Of a DNA stretch of 64,000 nucleotides, positions 38,121-48,004 are shown one piece after another. A program made the translations under genes and the position numbers. Positions within the stretch are counted from its first letter, which is position 1, and each line of letters opens with the position of its first letter. This stretch comes from Alphaproteobacteria bacterium (GTDB taxonomy: Bacteria; Pseudomonadota; Alphaproteobacteria; UBA9219): positions 9,153-73,152 of the forward strand of contig JABDAH010000004.1 of NCBI GenBank assembly GCA_013289265.1, read 5' to 3'. Below the pieces are notes generated by a model. The model saw only the letters and a program-made list of their open reading frames with translations, made no database searches and was not told the DNA's origin.

Positions 38121-39694
38121 ACAAACATGCCAGCGCGCTGTTTGTCACTAAGTAATAAAAGATGATTGTAAAGGTAAGAGCCGCCTTCAAAAGGCATCAT
38201 GCAACGGCTGCGGGGGAAAAGTGGCCCCAAACCCGCTTTTTCGTACAGCGGCGTGATGTCATAAAGCGGTGTTTTTAGAGGAAAATCTTCATCGCCCGAG
38301 AGCATAGCCGGGCTGACGGGGGTCAGGGCGTTCGTATGCAGGTAAACAGCGCCGTTCTTCTCAATAAAGGTAAAGTCGTTCCAGAAAGACAGCAGCGACC
38401 AATTTTCTATGCGGCCTTCGGGGCTTTGCAGCATATCGGCCCATGAAGTGTAATGACCCCAAAGGCAACTATGATATTTGGGACCGTAGACGGGGCTCAG
38501 GCGGCTATCTGGTTTCATCAGCGCCATATATTGCGCATCAACTAACAGAAAATGATTTTTCTTATCGGTTTCATAAGATTCGCGGCATGTTTGCCATTCC
38601 TGACTTTTCTCGATCTGCATAAACCACAATACTGCACCGACGAATAAAGTAAGCGTCGCGACAGGAAGCGCATAAGCGACTGGAGGTTTTTGCATAACCC
38701 GCAGGCCAGCTGCCCATAGCATCAGGCCGAAGGGCAACACGGCGTAATCATATTTCATTGTCGTCATCGCCCATTCGGGCGGTTGCTTGTCAGAAATAAC
38801 AACTAAGGCGGCGATAAAGATTATAGCGCCAAAAATTATTTCCAGCATGCGCCGTTTTCCATTAGGCGCGACCGCAAGAACAAAAATAAAAGCAAAGGTA
38901 AGGACGATCAGTAAAAAGTAAGGACAGTTCAAAACGTAGGGCAGTAATATCCCATGAAAACTATTGGGGGCCATCTGTCCGCTGGTGATATAGGACAGTT
39001 CTGCGCGGATAGCTCCGGGGACAGAGGCAAGCGCAAACAGAAACGGCGTTTTGTTTTTTTCGCGCCACGCGACGGCTGCGCCAAAAGCAAGACAAAGGCC
39101 GCAGAGTGCAATAACCGTTTCATACAGGCCGCCCCACATTAGAGCGCCTAAAACTAGAGCTCCAGCAAGTGGCCATCGGTTGATGGTGGGGCGCGCGAAA
39201 AGGACCAGGAAAAAATACATCCAGAAAAATGGCACAGCCCAGCGCGTGTTATTAACGGGATTCCAGTCTACTGGAACGCTGAGCAGCGCCCAGCACATCA
39301 GCGGAAAAATCGCCCATGCAGCTTTGCCATGCCGGTACAGGCCATAAAACAGGCCCAAATAGAGGAAGCCCGGCAAGGCATATTGCCACAGTACAAAAGT
39401 ATATTTGAAAGTGTCCGCGTTCTGCACACCTAGCGTGAGTAATGCCTGTAGCGACAAAGCATTAAGGGCAAATTGCGCTTCGCGTGGATAACCGACGGCA
39501 AAAAGATGCACCCACGAACTATCCTGATTAAACATGTAGGAATGGGAAAGATATTTTAGAAAAACAAGCGACGTATCGTCCGACAATCCCTGCAGTGAGG
39601 CTGTGCTGATGGCGACATGGATAACCCACATAAGGCAACAGCCGATAAGCGCCGCCCAGAATACGGTCTTTTCGATAGTCAGTTTTTTCTGCAT
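38108..39694 (-). CDS. Hypothetical polytopic membrane protein (about 10-11 TM plus a ~150-aa C-terminal soluble domain)
   Basis: Starts at ATG 39694 (MQKKLTIEKTVFWAALIG...), 528 aa. I recognise no motif. The overall architecture is reminiscent of GT-C or O-antigen-ligase-like proteins, but that rests on topology only. Confidence 0.55.
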   Translation of the reverse strand: MQKKLTIEKTVFWAALIGCCLMWVIHVAISTASLQGLSDDTSLVFLKYLSHSYMFNQDSSWVHLFAVGYPREAQFALNALSLQALLTLGVQNADTFKYTFVLWQYALPGFLYLGLFYGLYRHGKAAWAIFPLMCWALLSVPVDWNPVNNTRWAVPFFWMYFFLVLFARPTINRWPLAGALVLGALMWGGLYETVIALCGLCLAFGAAVAWREKNKTPFLFALASVPGAIRAELSYITSGQMAPNSFHGILLPYVLNCPYFLLIVLTFAFIFVLAVAPNGKRRMLEIIFGAIIFIAALVVISDKQPPEWAMTTMKYDYAVLPFGLMLWAAGLRVMQKPPVAYALPVATLTLFVGAVLWFMQIEKSQEWQTCRESYETDKKNHFLLVDAQYMALMKPDSRLSPVYGPKYHSCLWGHYTSWADMLQSPEGRIENWSLLSFWNDFTFIEKNGAVYLHTNALTPVSPAMLSGDEDFPLKTPLYDITPLYEKAGLGPLFPRSRCMMPFEGGSYLYNHLLLLSDKQRAGMFVCPR

Positions 39695-39782
39695 TATATT
39701 TTCTGGATCACATGTTTGCGGAGCCGTTACTGGCTTTGTTGCCCGCAAGCGTAAAGACCGCCCCCAGATTCGGCAATCTTTA

Positions 39783-40859
39783 TTAGAATTTCATGCGATT
39801 TTTGGACTGAATTTCGGCTATCTGCTCTGCCGATAATATATCAAGCATGACTTTGTTCCGGCCTGTTTGCTTTGCTTTATATAATGCGTTATCGGCACGC
39901 ATAACAAAATCATCCCGGTCTTCGCCGACACACAATTCAGCCGCGCCAATCGAGATTGTAACAGTGCCGAGCGTTTCATTCGTGCTGCGCCGTTTGATGC
40001 TTTTTGTGGCGAGGCTTGCGCGAAGCTGATTGGCGACTTTTTCGGCATCGGTGACTTTAGTCTGGGAAAGGATAATAACGAATTCTTCACCGCCGTAGCG
40101 GGCGATGATATCGCGACCTTTCAAATTTTCAACCAAAGTGCGTGCGACCAGCCGCAAAACCTGATCGCCGATCAAGTGCCCATAGTTATCATTGAATTTT
40201 TTAAAGTGATCGATATCGATCATCAGGAGCGTCATGGACCAGCCATTATCTCGCGCTTCACCCATGCTGTAGGTCAGCTCTTTTTCAAAATATTTGCGAT
40301 TGCCGACTTCGGTCAGGGCGTCGATTTGCGACTCTTTATGAACCTGATCCAGGTTTTGCCTTGCCTCGACCAGTTGCTGGGTCGCGTCTGACAATTGGGA
40401 AGACAGGCGTTCATTCTGCTGGGCGACAGTGCGCGTTTCCGTCACAATTTTGGTGACAGCCTCGCGAATATGCTCCAGCGAATCTGATGAATTGATCTCG
40501 CCTGAGAACTGGGTCAATGACTGGTTAAATTGGTCGGTTCCTTGCGTGGCCTGATCAATGACTTTCAGGACGCGCGAAATTTCCTGTTCGATGACATTAT
40601 TGGTTTGCAGAAGGGCCTTCTGTTCGGACTCTACCCCTAAATGCCGCAGGAACAACTCGTCGCAATGTGCCTGCGTCAGCCGATTCTCGTGGGTGAGGAC
40701 GGTATCAACAGTTGCTTTCAGGCCCGGATTGGTTCCGGCGAAGTAATAGTAATAAACCGCGTAATTATTTGGTGTGGGCGTTAAACCATCTTGGAGCAGA
40801 CGGTCCATAGCCTGCTTGCCCCATGTCGTTACCTGCGATTTCTGTACACCAATTGTCAC
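39783..40859 (-). CDS. Diguanylate cyclase (GGDEF) with an N-terminal helical sensor domain
   Basis: 358 aa with the active-site motif RYGGEEFVIIL. A coiled-coil region precedes the GGDEF domain. No RxxD I-site lies 5 residues upstream of GGEEF. Confidence 0.9.
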   Translation of the reverse strand: MTIGVQKSQVTTWGKQAMDRLLQDGLTPTPNNYAVYYYYFAGTNPGLKATVDTVLTHENRLTQAHCDELFLRHLGVESEQKALLQTNNVIEQEISRVLKVIDQATQGTDQFNQSLTQFSGEINSSDSLEHIREAVTKIVTETRTVAQQNERLSSQLSDATQQLVEARQNLDQVHKESQIDALTEVGNRKYFEKELTYSMGEARDNGWSMTLLMIDIDHFKKFNDNYGHLIGDQVLRLVARTLVENLKGRDIIARYGGEEFVIILSQTKVTDAEKVANQLRASLATKSIKRRSTNETLGTVTISIGAAELCVGEDRDDFVMRADNALYKAKQTGRNKVMLDILSAEQIAEIQSKNRMKF

Positions 40860-40991
40860 TGCAAATCCTTCGACTGTAGGGGGAGGGCTTTAAGAGAGCT
40901 AACAAGCCCGCATAAAGCAAGATAAAAGAAGATTATTACCAGCTAGTGAACGGAATGTGCCTTAGTCTAACTCTTTGGTTATGCGTGTGTT

Positions 40992-41621
40992 TTATCTAGC
41001 CTGTAATTGTGCGATCGGCGCGAAAGAATCGCGGTGCCATTTGGTTATGCCTAATTGTTGCAGGGCTGCAAGGTGTTCCGCTGTTCCATAACCGGCATTA
41101 TGTTCCCAACCATAGCCCGGATGTTCGAGGGCCAATTTCTTCATCAACCGGTCGCGGGTAACTTTGGCAATGATGGACGCAACCGCAATCGACAGGCATT
41201 TATCATCGCCACTAATAATAGCAATGGCGGGACATTCCAATTTCGGTATGCGGTTGCCGTCGATGAGAGCGGTGTGAATGGTGACCCGTAGGCCAGAGAC
41301 GGCGCGCTGCATGGCCAGCATGCTCGCCCATAAAATATTGAGATGCAGAATCTCTTCGACCGATGCTTCGGCAATACTGTAGCGGCAGAGCTGGGTCAGG
41401 GGGTCGAACAAATCTTCACGCTGCTTATGCGTCATTTTTTTGCTGTCACGGATTTCACGTTTGATATCTGCCGGTAATTTTTCAGGCAGAATGACGGCAG
41501 CAGCCATGACCGGGCCCGCCAAAGGGCCGCGCCCGACTTCATCAACGCCGCAGATGATTTTACCCTCATCGCGGCCATGTTTTTTTTCGTAGGCCAAGTT
41601 AGGCATGGTGGTTCCGTACAA
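40992..41621 (-). CDS. rnhB: Ribonuclease HII
   Basis: 209 aa with CGVDEVGRGPLAGPV and the DSK motif. Confidence 0.95.
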   Translation of the reverse strand: MYGTTMPNLAYEKKHGRDEGKIICGVDEVGRGPLAGPVMAAAVILPEKLPADIKREIRDSKKMTHKQREDLFDPLTQLCRYSIAEASVEEILHLNILWASMLAMQRAVSGLRVTIHTALIDGNRIPKLECPAIAIISGDDKCLSIAVASIIAKVTRDRLMKKLALEHPGYGWEHNAGYGTAEHLAALQQLGITKWHRDSFAPIAQLQAR

Positions 41622-42022
41622 TTGCGGTGTTCACCCTATTAAGGGAGAGGTAGATTCGTCAAAGCAAGATTAGGGAAATAACAAACTTCCTGCCTGTTTT
41701 TAATAGTCATGGATCTTCCCGTGGGGAACACCCCGTGTTGCCTAAAAACGTGAAACACCGGACTTGCATTGAACTGTGTCCAAAAAAACGCACTTTAGGG
41801 GCAGCATATGAGGGGCCCAAAAAAACTGTTGTTTGTCAAAAGTAAGGCGGTTAGGATGCCCTACGACTTGCAGCCCATATCCAATGAGAATGGGCCTAAT
41901 GCGAAGATGAACTTCGGCATGCAAGCATAAGTTTTCATCGATTTTTGCAGGACCAAGGTCTTATGCAAGACGGTGTATTTAAGGATGAAAACATGGAAAA
42001 TACGCAGAACAGGAATAGTGGT

Positions 42023-42631
42023 ATGAGACAGGGGCCTAATAACCGGCGTCCGCGCGGTCGTCATCATGGTGGCGGTCACGGTGGTGGCCATAGCGGTGGT
42101 CACGACAGGGGTAATAGCGCTGGAAATCCTAATGTCGGTAATAACCGCCCACGTTCAGCTGCTTCCTTGCGTCATCAGACTTTCGACAGCAATTGCATCG
42201 ATGTGCGTGTGCGCGGCAATGCATGGCAGGTTCATGAAAAATATCAGGCGCTGGCACGGGATGCGCAGTCATCCGGCGACCGCGTAGCTGCCGAACATTA
42301 TCTGCAGCATGCTGAGCATTATTACCGTATTATCGAAGCCATCAACGAAGCGACCGCTGCAGAACAACCGCAGCAACGTGCAGGTCAACCGGCCGTGGCT
42401 TATGGCCAGCAGCCGGAAGTGCCTGCTAACTATTACGGCACGGACGGAAATCTGGCGCAGCCTGCTGCAAATGGCGCTGTACCAAACGGCGCTCAGCCTG
42501 CTGTGCAGCCTCAACCGGGCCCGGGGCAGGGTGAGGCACAGGTGGAACGTGCGCCGGTACCACAGCCATTCTTCCAGCCGGAAGATACGGATGATCAGGG
42601 CCAGATGCAGCCTTTGGCGGCACGCCGGTAA
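42023..42631 (+). CDS. DUF4167 domain protein
   Basis: The likely start is ATG 42023 (MRQGPNNRRPRGR...), with AGGAA 8 nt upstream. There is an Arg/His/Gly-rich N-terminus, then NAWQVHEKYQALARDA...AEHYLQHAEHYYRI, characteristic of alphaproteobacterial DUF4167. The ORF track extends it to 41945 (TTG). Confidence 0.8.
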   Translation: MRQGPNNRRPRGRHHGGGHGGGHSGGHDRGNSAGNPNVGNNRPRSAASLRHQTFDSNCIDVRVRGNAWQVHEKYQALARDAQSSGDRVAAEHYLQHAEHYYRIIEAINEATAAEQPQQRAGQPAVAYGQQPEVPANYYGTDGNLAQPAANGAVPNGAQPAVQPQPGPGQGEAQVERAPVPQPFFQPEDTDDQGQMQPLAARR

Positions 42632-42683
42632 TTGTTAAATTGCCATTATTGGCTTTGTGGCGTGGCCGTTCTATAGAAGCGGC

Positions 42684-43832
42684 ATGAACGTTCCTTTCAA
42701 TTTTTTTGATACCGTCCCCCGCGATTGCTGGCTGGATATAGATGCCTGTCAGCTGGCAGAAAATGTGCGCCGGTTGCAGGCGGCCATTGGGCGACCTCTG
42801 CTTGTGGCGGTCAAAGCCAATGGTTATGGCCACGGTTATGAAATTGCCGCCAAAGCTTTCCTTAAGGGCGGCGCAAAATATCTGGGCGTTGCTAATTACG
42901 GCGAAGGGTTGTTGTTGCGGAAGCTTGGCATTACCGCGCCGATACTTTTGTTAAGCGGCCTATTGCCGGATGAAATGACTTTGGCTGTAGCTGCCGGTCT
43001 GGAATTCTTTGTTTTTCGGCCTGAGCATGTCGAAGCCTTAAAGCAAATGCCAAAAACAGCATCGTCCATCCGTGTGCATATCAAGGTCGATACCGGCATG
43101 GGCCGCATTGGTTGTTTGCCTGAAGAAGCTGCCGCTATTGGCGCGGAGCTGAAAAAGATTCCCAATGTTGCTGTTGCGGGGCTTGCGACACATTTTGCTA
43201 TCGCCAGTATCCCGGATAATGATCACACCAATGGGCAGATCGAAAAATTCGATCGGGTGATTGTATCGCTTGCCGCTATAGGTATTCGCCCGGAAATTAT
43301 TCACGCGGCAAATTCGTCGGGCGCGCTTTATCATCCGCGCGCGCGATACGATATGGCGCGAGTGGGAATGGTGGCTTACGGTGTGCCGCCATCATCCTTT
43401 GTCGGGCCGGATATTCCAGTGGGTGTCAAAACGGCTTTGACATGGAAAGCGCGTATTACTTCCACCAAGATTTTGCCTGCCGGAGCTTCAGTCAGTTATG
43501 GCTGTGAATATGTGATGCCAAAAGAAGGCCGGGTCGGTATTTTGCCCGTCGGCTACGGTGACGGTTATTTCCGCATTCCCAAAAATGTGAATAGTGTTTT
43601 AGTGGGTGGCCATGAATGCAAAACAGTGGGGCGCATCAACACCGATCAATGTGTGATTGACCTGGACGACATGCCGGACATGACAGGGGCCGAAGTTGTT
43701 TTGCTGGGTCAGCAAGGGGAAAGTGAAATCCCGGTTCAGGAACTGGCACGCCGCTGGCAAACCAACACTTACAGTGTCTATATCAATATCGCGCCGCGCG
43801 TGCCGCGCCGCGCGATAGGAGAAAATCTATGA
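42684..43832 (+). CDS. alr: Alanine racemase
   Basis: The PLP-lysine motif is AVKANGYGHG. ATG is at 42684, with an alternative GTG at 42657. Overlaps ftsY by 4 nt. Confidence 0.9.
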   Translation: MNVPFNFFDTVPRDCWLDIDACQLAENVRRLQAAIGRPLLVAVKANGYGHGYEIAAKAFLKGGAKYLGVANYGEGLLLRKLGITAPILLLSGLLPDEMTLAVAAGLEFFVFRPEHVEALKQMPKTASSIRVHIKVDTGMGRIGCLPEEAAAIGAELKKIPNVAVAGLATHFAIASIPDNDHTNGQIEKFDRVIVSLAAIGIRPEIIHAANSSGALYHPRARYDMARVGMVAYGVPPSSFVGPDIPVGVKTALTWKARITSTKILPAGASVSYGCEYVMPKEGRVGILPVGYGDGYFRIPKNVNSVLVGGHECKTVGRINTDQCVIDLDDMPDMTGAEVVLLGQQGESEIPVQELARRWQTNTYSVYINIAPRVPRRAIGENL

Positions 43833-44749
43833 GCAGTTGGCTGTCAAAATTAAAATCCGGCCTTACCAAATCATCGACAAAACTGTCGGAAGGTATCGGC
43901 AGCATTTTCACCAAACGTAAACTGGACGACGTGACGTTGGCGGAACTGGAAGAATTGCTGATCACAGCGGATATAGGCCCTGCGACGGCGGCAAAGCTGG
44001 TAGCGGACTTCTCGCGCAACCGCTTTGGTAAGGATATCAGTGACGACGAAGTGAAGAGGGCGCTGGCAGAACAGGTAACGGAAATCCTGAAGCCCTACGC
44101 AAAACCCCTGGAAATTGATGCCAGCAAGAAACCGTTTGTTGTTCTGGTCGTGGGCGTCAATGGCACCGGTAAGACTACGACGATTGGCAAGCTGGCCCAG
44201 TATTATCACAAGCAGGGTTTGAAGATTATGCTGGCTGCAGGCGATACGTTCCGCGCCGCCGCGATCAGCCAACTTAAAATTTGGGGTGAGCGCACCAACG
44301 CGCCGGTCGTTGCGGGCGAACCCAATAGCGATGCTGCATCGCTTGCCTATCAGGCTCTGGAAAAAGCGCGGTCTGAGAAAACAGATCTGTTGTTGATCGA
44401 CACTGCGGGGCGTCTGCATAACAAAGCCGACCTGATGCAGGAACTCGCCAAACTGGTGCGCGTACTGAAAAAGCTCGATCCCTCAGCGCCGCATGCGACG
44501 CTTTTGGTGCTGGATGCGACAACCGGCCAAAATGCACATGCGCAGGTCGAAGTGTTCCGCGACCTCACGCAAATTACCGGGCTTGTTGTCACAAAACTGG
44601 ACGGTTCTGCCAAAGGCGGCGTGCTGGTGGCACTGGCTGACCGCTTTAAACTGCCCATTCACGCTGTGGGTGTGGGGGAAGGGGCAGAAGACTTTCAACC
44701 CTTCAACGCACAGGATTTTGCCCGTTCTCTCATGGGGTTAGAAGGGTAA
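43829..44749 (+). CDS. ftsY: Signal recognition particle receptor FtsY (short form)
   Basis: 306 aa with the GTPase motifs GVNGTGKTTT, DTAGR and TKLD. Confidence 0.95.
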   Translation: MSSWLSKLKSGLTKSSTKLSEGIGSIFTKRKLDDVTLAELEELLITADIGPATAAKLVADFSRNRFGKDISDDEVKRALAEQVTEILKPYAKPLEIDASKKPFVVLVVGVNGTGKTTTIGKLAQYYHKQGLKIMLAAGDTFRAAAISQLKIWGERTNAPVVAGEPNSDAASLAYQALEKARSEKTDLLLIDTAGRLHNKADLMQELAKLVRVLKKLDPSAPHATLLVLDATTGQNAHAQVEVFRDLTQITGLVVTKLDGSAKGGVLVALADRFKLPIHAVGVGEGAEDFQPFNAQDFARSLMGLEG

Positions 44750-44784
44750 CCTCTTGTTAAGGCTGCGGTGACAGAATAAGGGGA

Positions 44785-46293
44785 ATGTCTCAGGCTATTC
44801 CTCCTACTGCTCCACATCAGGCAAAAACTTTTACAGATGCCCGCAAGGCCACGGCTTATGTCGAGGAGCTCTATCAAACCAATACCGGCTTTTTGCGCGA
44901 CCATTTTCAACGGTTGGCGAAAGGCGAAGCGCAGCAGGGGCATGTCTCCGCTTATTATCCCTATGCCGCGATCACGCCTACCAAGCCGACGCAAATTGAT
45001 ACGCGTCTTGCTTTCGGTTTTGTTTCCGGCCCGGGGCGTTATAGCACGACGCTGACGCGACCCGACCTTTTCAGGAATTATCTGACCGAGCAATTCACCC
45101 AGTTGCTAAATAATCATCAGGTGCCGATTGAGGTGGGGGTCAGTAATATACCGATCCCCATTCACTTTGCTTTTGGCGACGGCGTGCATGTAGAAGGTGG
45201 TCTGGAGTCAAGCCGCGTTTCCCTGATGCGCCAGATGTTCGATCTGCCCGATCTTTCTGTAATGGATGACGCTATTGCCAACGGAACATATATCGTGCCG
45301 CCGGGCGGCGACGAACCGCTGGCCTTGTTCACCGCGCCGCGTGTCGATTATTCGTTGCACCGTTTGCAACATTATACAGGCTGCGATCCTAAATTTTTTC
45401 AGAATTTTGTGATCTTCACGAACTACCAGTTTTATGTCGATGAATTTGTGCGCCTCGGCACCGAGATGATGCAGAAGACCGATGACCTGCGCGAGGCTGC
45501 AACCCGTGCGCAATATACATCGCTGGTGGAACCGGGCGGCTATGTCCTTCCCAATGCGAATTTAAGCGATGCCAAGCCTAGCGGCACAAAACAGACGCGC
45601 CTGCCGCAGATGCCCGCTTATCATCTGACGCGTGAAGACAAAAACGGCATCACGATTGTGAATATCGGCGTAGGGCCCAGCAATGCGCGTACAATTTCAG
45701 ACCATATCGCTGTCATTCGTCCGCATGGCTGGATTATGCTGGGGCACTGTGCGGGGCTTCGCGAGGCGCAGAAACTCGGTGATTATGTTCTGGCGCACGG
45801 TTATGTGCGTGACGATCATGTGCTGGATGATGATTTGCCACTCTGGGTTCCGGTTCCGGCTTTGGCCGAAGTGCAACGCGCTTTGCAAAATGCCGTCGCC
45901 CATATTACTGACCTTGAAGGTTATGATTTGAAATCTGTCATGCGCACCGGCACGGTTGTGACTACAGATAACCGTAATTGGGAAATCGGCGGCTATGCCA
46001 AGTTGGTGGAGCGCTTTAACCAGAGCCGCGCGATTGCGCTGGATATGGAATCCGCTGTGATCGCTGCCAATGGTTTTCGTTACCGCGTGCCTTATGGCAC
46101 ATTGCTTTGTGTGTCTGACCGGCCGCTGCACGGTGAAATCAAATTACCGGGAATGGCTAATCTCTTTTATCGCCAGCAGATTGATCAGCACCTGCATATC
46201 GGCATCAAGACGATGGAGCTGTTGCGTGAAACAGGATTAGAGAATTTGCACAGTCGCAAACTGCGCAGTTTCTCAGAACCTGCGTTCCAGTAA
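44785..46293 (+). CDS. amn: AMP nucleosidase
   Basis: 502 aa with an Amn N-terminal regulatory domain and a PNP/UDP-phosphorylase-fold C-terminal domain (GVGPSNA...). Confidence 0.88.
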   Translation: MSQAIPPTAPHQAKTFTDARKATAYVEELYQTNTGFLRDHFQRLAKGEAQQGHVSAYYPYAAITPTKPTQIDTRLAFGFVSGPGRYSTTLTRPDLFRNYLTEQFTQLLNNHQVPIEVGVSNIPIPIHFAFGDGVHVEGGLESSRVSLMRQMFDLPDLSVMDDAIANGTYIVPPGGDEPLALFTAPRVDYSLHRLQHYTGCDPKFFQNFVIFTNYQFYVDEFVRLGTEMMQKTDDLREAATRAQYTSLVEPGGYVLPNANLSDAKPSGTKQTRLPQMPAYHLTREDKNGITIVNIGVGPSNARTISDHIAVIRPHGWIMLGHCAGLREAQKLGDYVLAHGYVRDDHVLDDDLPLWVPVPALAEVQRALQNAVAHITDLEGYDLKSVMRTGTVVTTDNRNWEIGGYAKLVERFNQSRAIALDMESAVIAANGFRYRVPYGTLLCVSDRPLHGEIKLPGMANLFYRQQIDQHLHIGIKTMELLRETGLENLHSRKLRSFSEPAFQ

Positions 46294-47058
46294 TTACTCC
46301 CCAACCTGCAGCAGTCCGCCGCGTTTTTGCGCACCGCGATAGGCCATCCATAAAACCAGACTTGCACCTATAAAATAAACAATGTTGAGGCCAAGCGCGA
46401 TGAGCAGGTTGCCGCTCAGGATTTCGTGCTGGGTGATCTGGGATTTCAGGCTTTCAAATACATAGGTTGCGGGCAAGGCGTGCGCGGCAAGTTGTAAGCC
46501 GTAAGGTAGAACGCTAACAGGGTAATAGGGTGCAATGATCGGTATCAGCAACCATGTCCCCATCCAGGCCATCCATTCCGCTGCAAGACCGTATCGAAAC
46601 AACAAGGAGATGATCAGCAAACCGTACCAGCATCCATTAAAAACCAGCAGACCGATATAAGCTGCGCCGGGCCAGCCAAGGCTTACTAGTGAAAACCCAA
46701 ATAGGAATTTAGCGAGCAGAATGGCGGGTATCATTGCAACCGTCGTGCGTACAAAACAGACAACGGTAATACCGCAAACATATTCGCCAAATTTAATGGG
46801 GCTGGCGAAAAGATGTCCCAGGTTGCGGGACCAGATTTCTTCCAGAAACAGCATCAATATATTGGTGCAAACGCGTACAAGCACTTCGACCAGAATAACG
46901 CTGGCAACCAAAGTGCTGCTGATAATCGCCGTATCGGTAAATTTCTGTACAAGATAAGAACTGGTAAAACCCCATGTCGCCATATTGATGATCGGCCAAT
47001 ACAGCATTTCGATCAGGCGCGGCCACGACCCCGAATGTAAATAATAATGCCGCAGCAT
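46294..47058 (-). CDS. ABC-2 type transporter permease
   Basis: The first ATG is at 47058 (MLRHYYLHSGSWPRLIEMLYWP...). The true start may lie a few codons upstream (...RRIWGL), but no canonical start codon exists there. The ORF-track TTG start at 47196 would overlap the ATPase gene by 98 nt. Confidence 0.75.
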   Translation of the reverse strand: MLRHYYLHSGSWPRLIEMLYWPIINMATWGFTSSYLVQKFTDTAIISSTLVASVILVEVLVRVCTNILMLFLEEIWSRNLGHLFASPIKFGEYVCGITVVCFVRTTVAMIPAILLAKFLFGFSLVSLGWPGAAYIGLLVFNGCWYGLLIISLLFRYGLAAEWMAWMGTWLLIPIIAPYYPVSVLPYGLQLAAHALPATYVFESLKSQITQHEILSGNLLIALGLNIVYFIGASLVLWMAYRGAQKRGGLLQVGE

Positions 47059-47098
47059 CAGGCCCCAGATGCGCCGCAGGAAAAGGAAGAAGGCGGAT

Positions 47099-47830
47099 TC
47101 AGGCTGTGCGATTGCGGGCGATGTCAAGGAACACCTCTTCCAGATTTTCTCGGCTGTAGGTTTCAAGCAGTTTTTGCGGCGAGCCGCGATCAACAATCGA
47201 TCCCGCTTTCATGACGATGACGTCGTCGCACATGCGCTCAACCTCATACATGTTGTGGGATGCCATAAAGACAGTAGCGCCGGATGCTTTTCGGTAATCC
47301 ATCAGTAATGTGCGTACCCAATCGGCCGTGTCCGGGTCGAGCGAGGCTGTGGGTTCATCCAGCAGTAAAAGTTGTGGCTTGTTGAGAAGAGATTTCGCCA
47401 GTGAAGCGCGGGTACGCTGGCCCGCCGACAAAGTGCCATATTTACGGTTGAGCAGGGGTATGATTTGCAACTGCTCTGCCAGCTCCATAATACGGTTTTG
47501 CAGATGAGGAACACCGTATAAATGTCCGTAGACATTCAGATTTTGGCGCACAGTTAAACGATTAGGTAAATCAACATATGGAGATGAGAAGTTAACCTGG
47601 GCGGCAATAGAAGCCCGTTCCTTGAGTAAATCACGACCGAGGAGAGTGATGCCGCCGGATGTCGGTTGCAAAAGCCCGAGAAGCATGGCCATTGTCGTGC
47701 TCTTGCCAGCGCCATTGCCGCCAAGCAATGCCGTTATGCTACCACGACCTATTTCAAGATTGATGGAATCTACCGCTGCGACATTATTAAATGTTTTGCG
47801 TAATTCGTGCGTTTGCAGGGCGTAAGACAT
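47099..47830 (-). CDS. ABC transporter ATP-binding protein (ABC-2 subfamily)
   Basis: 243 aa with Walker A GGNGAGKST, signature LSAGQRTR and Walker B LLLLDEPT. Confidence 0.9.
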   Translation of the reverse strand: MSYALQTHELRKTFNNVAAVDSINLEIGRGSITALLGGNGAGKSTTMAMLLGLLQPTSGGITLLGRDLLKERASIAAQVNFSSPYVDLPNRLTVRQNLNVYGHLYGVPHLQNRIMELAEQLQIIPLLNRKYGTLSAGQRTRASLAKSLLNKPQLLLLDEPTASLDPDTADWVRTLLMDYRKASGATVFMASHNMYEVERMCDDVIVMKAGSIVDRGSPQKLLETYSRENLEEVFLDIARNRTA

Positions 47831-48004
47831 AGTGCATAAAGCCGTTAAAGGGGTAAGCCCTATATCATATATTGGCTATGCGCTGCCAGCTTTTAGCGGC
47901 TAACCCCCCTGTTTTTAAGGCCGATTTCTGTTAACCGGACATTTAGAACTTCCCTTTAATATCGAAAGCTCCGAAATATTTCATCTTTTCCGCTGAAATC
48001 CCCG

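Noticed and set aside
42060-42125. A His/Gly-rich repeat (HHGGGHGGGHSGGH) in the DUF4167 gene, considered as a possible tandem DNA repeat or contingency locus.
   Set aside because: At the nucleotide level the repeat units are imperfect (ggtggcggtcac / ggtggtggccat / agcggtggtcac). Low-complexity basic and Gly-rich N-termini are normal for this family.
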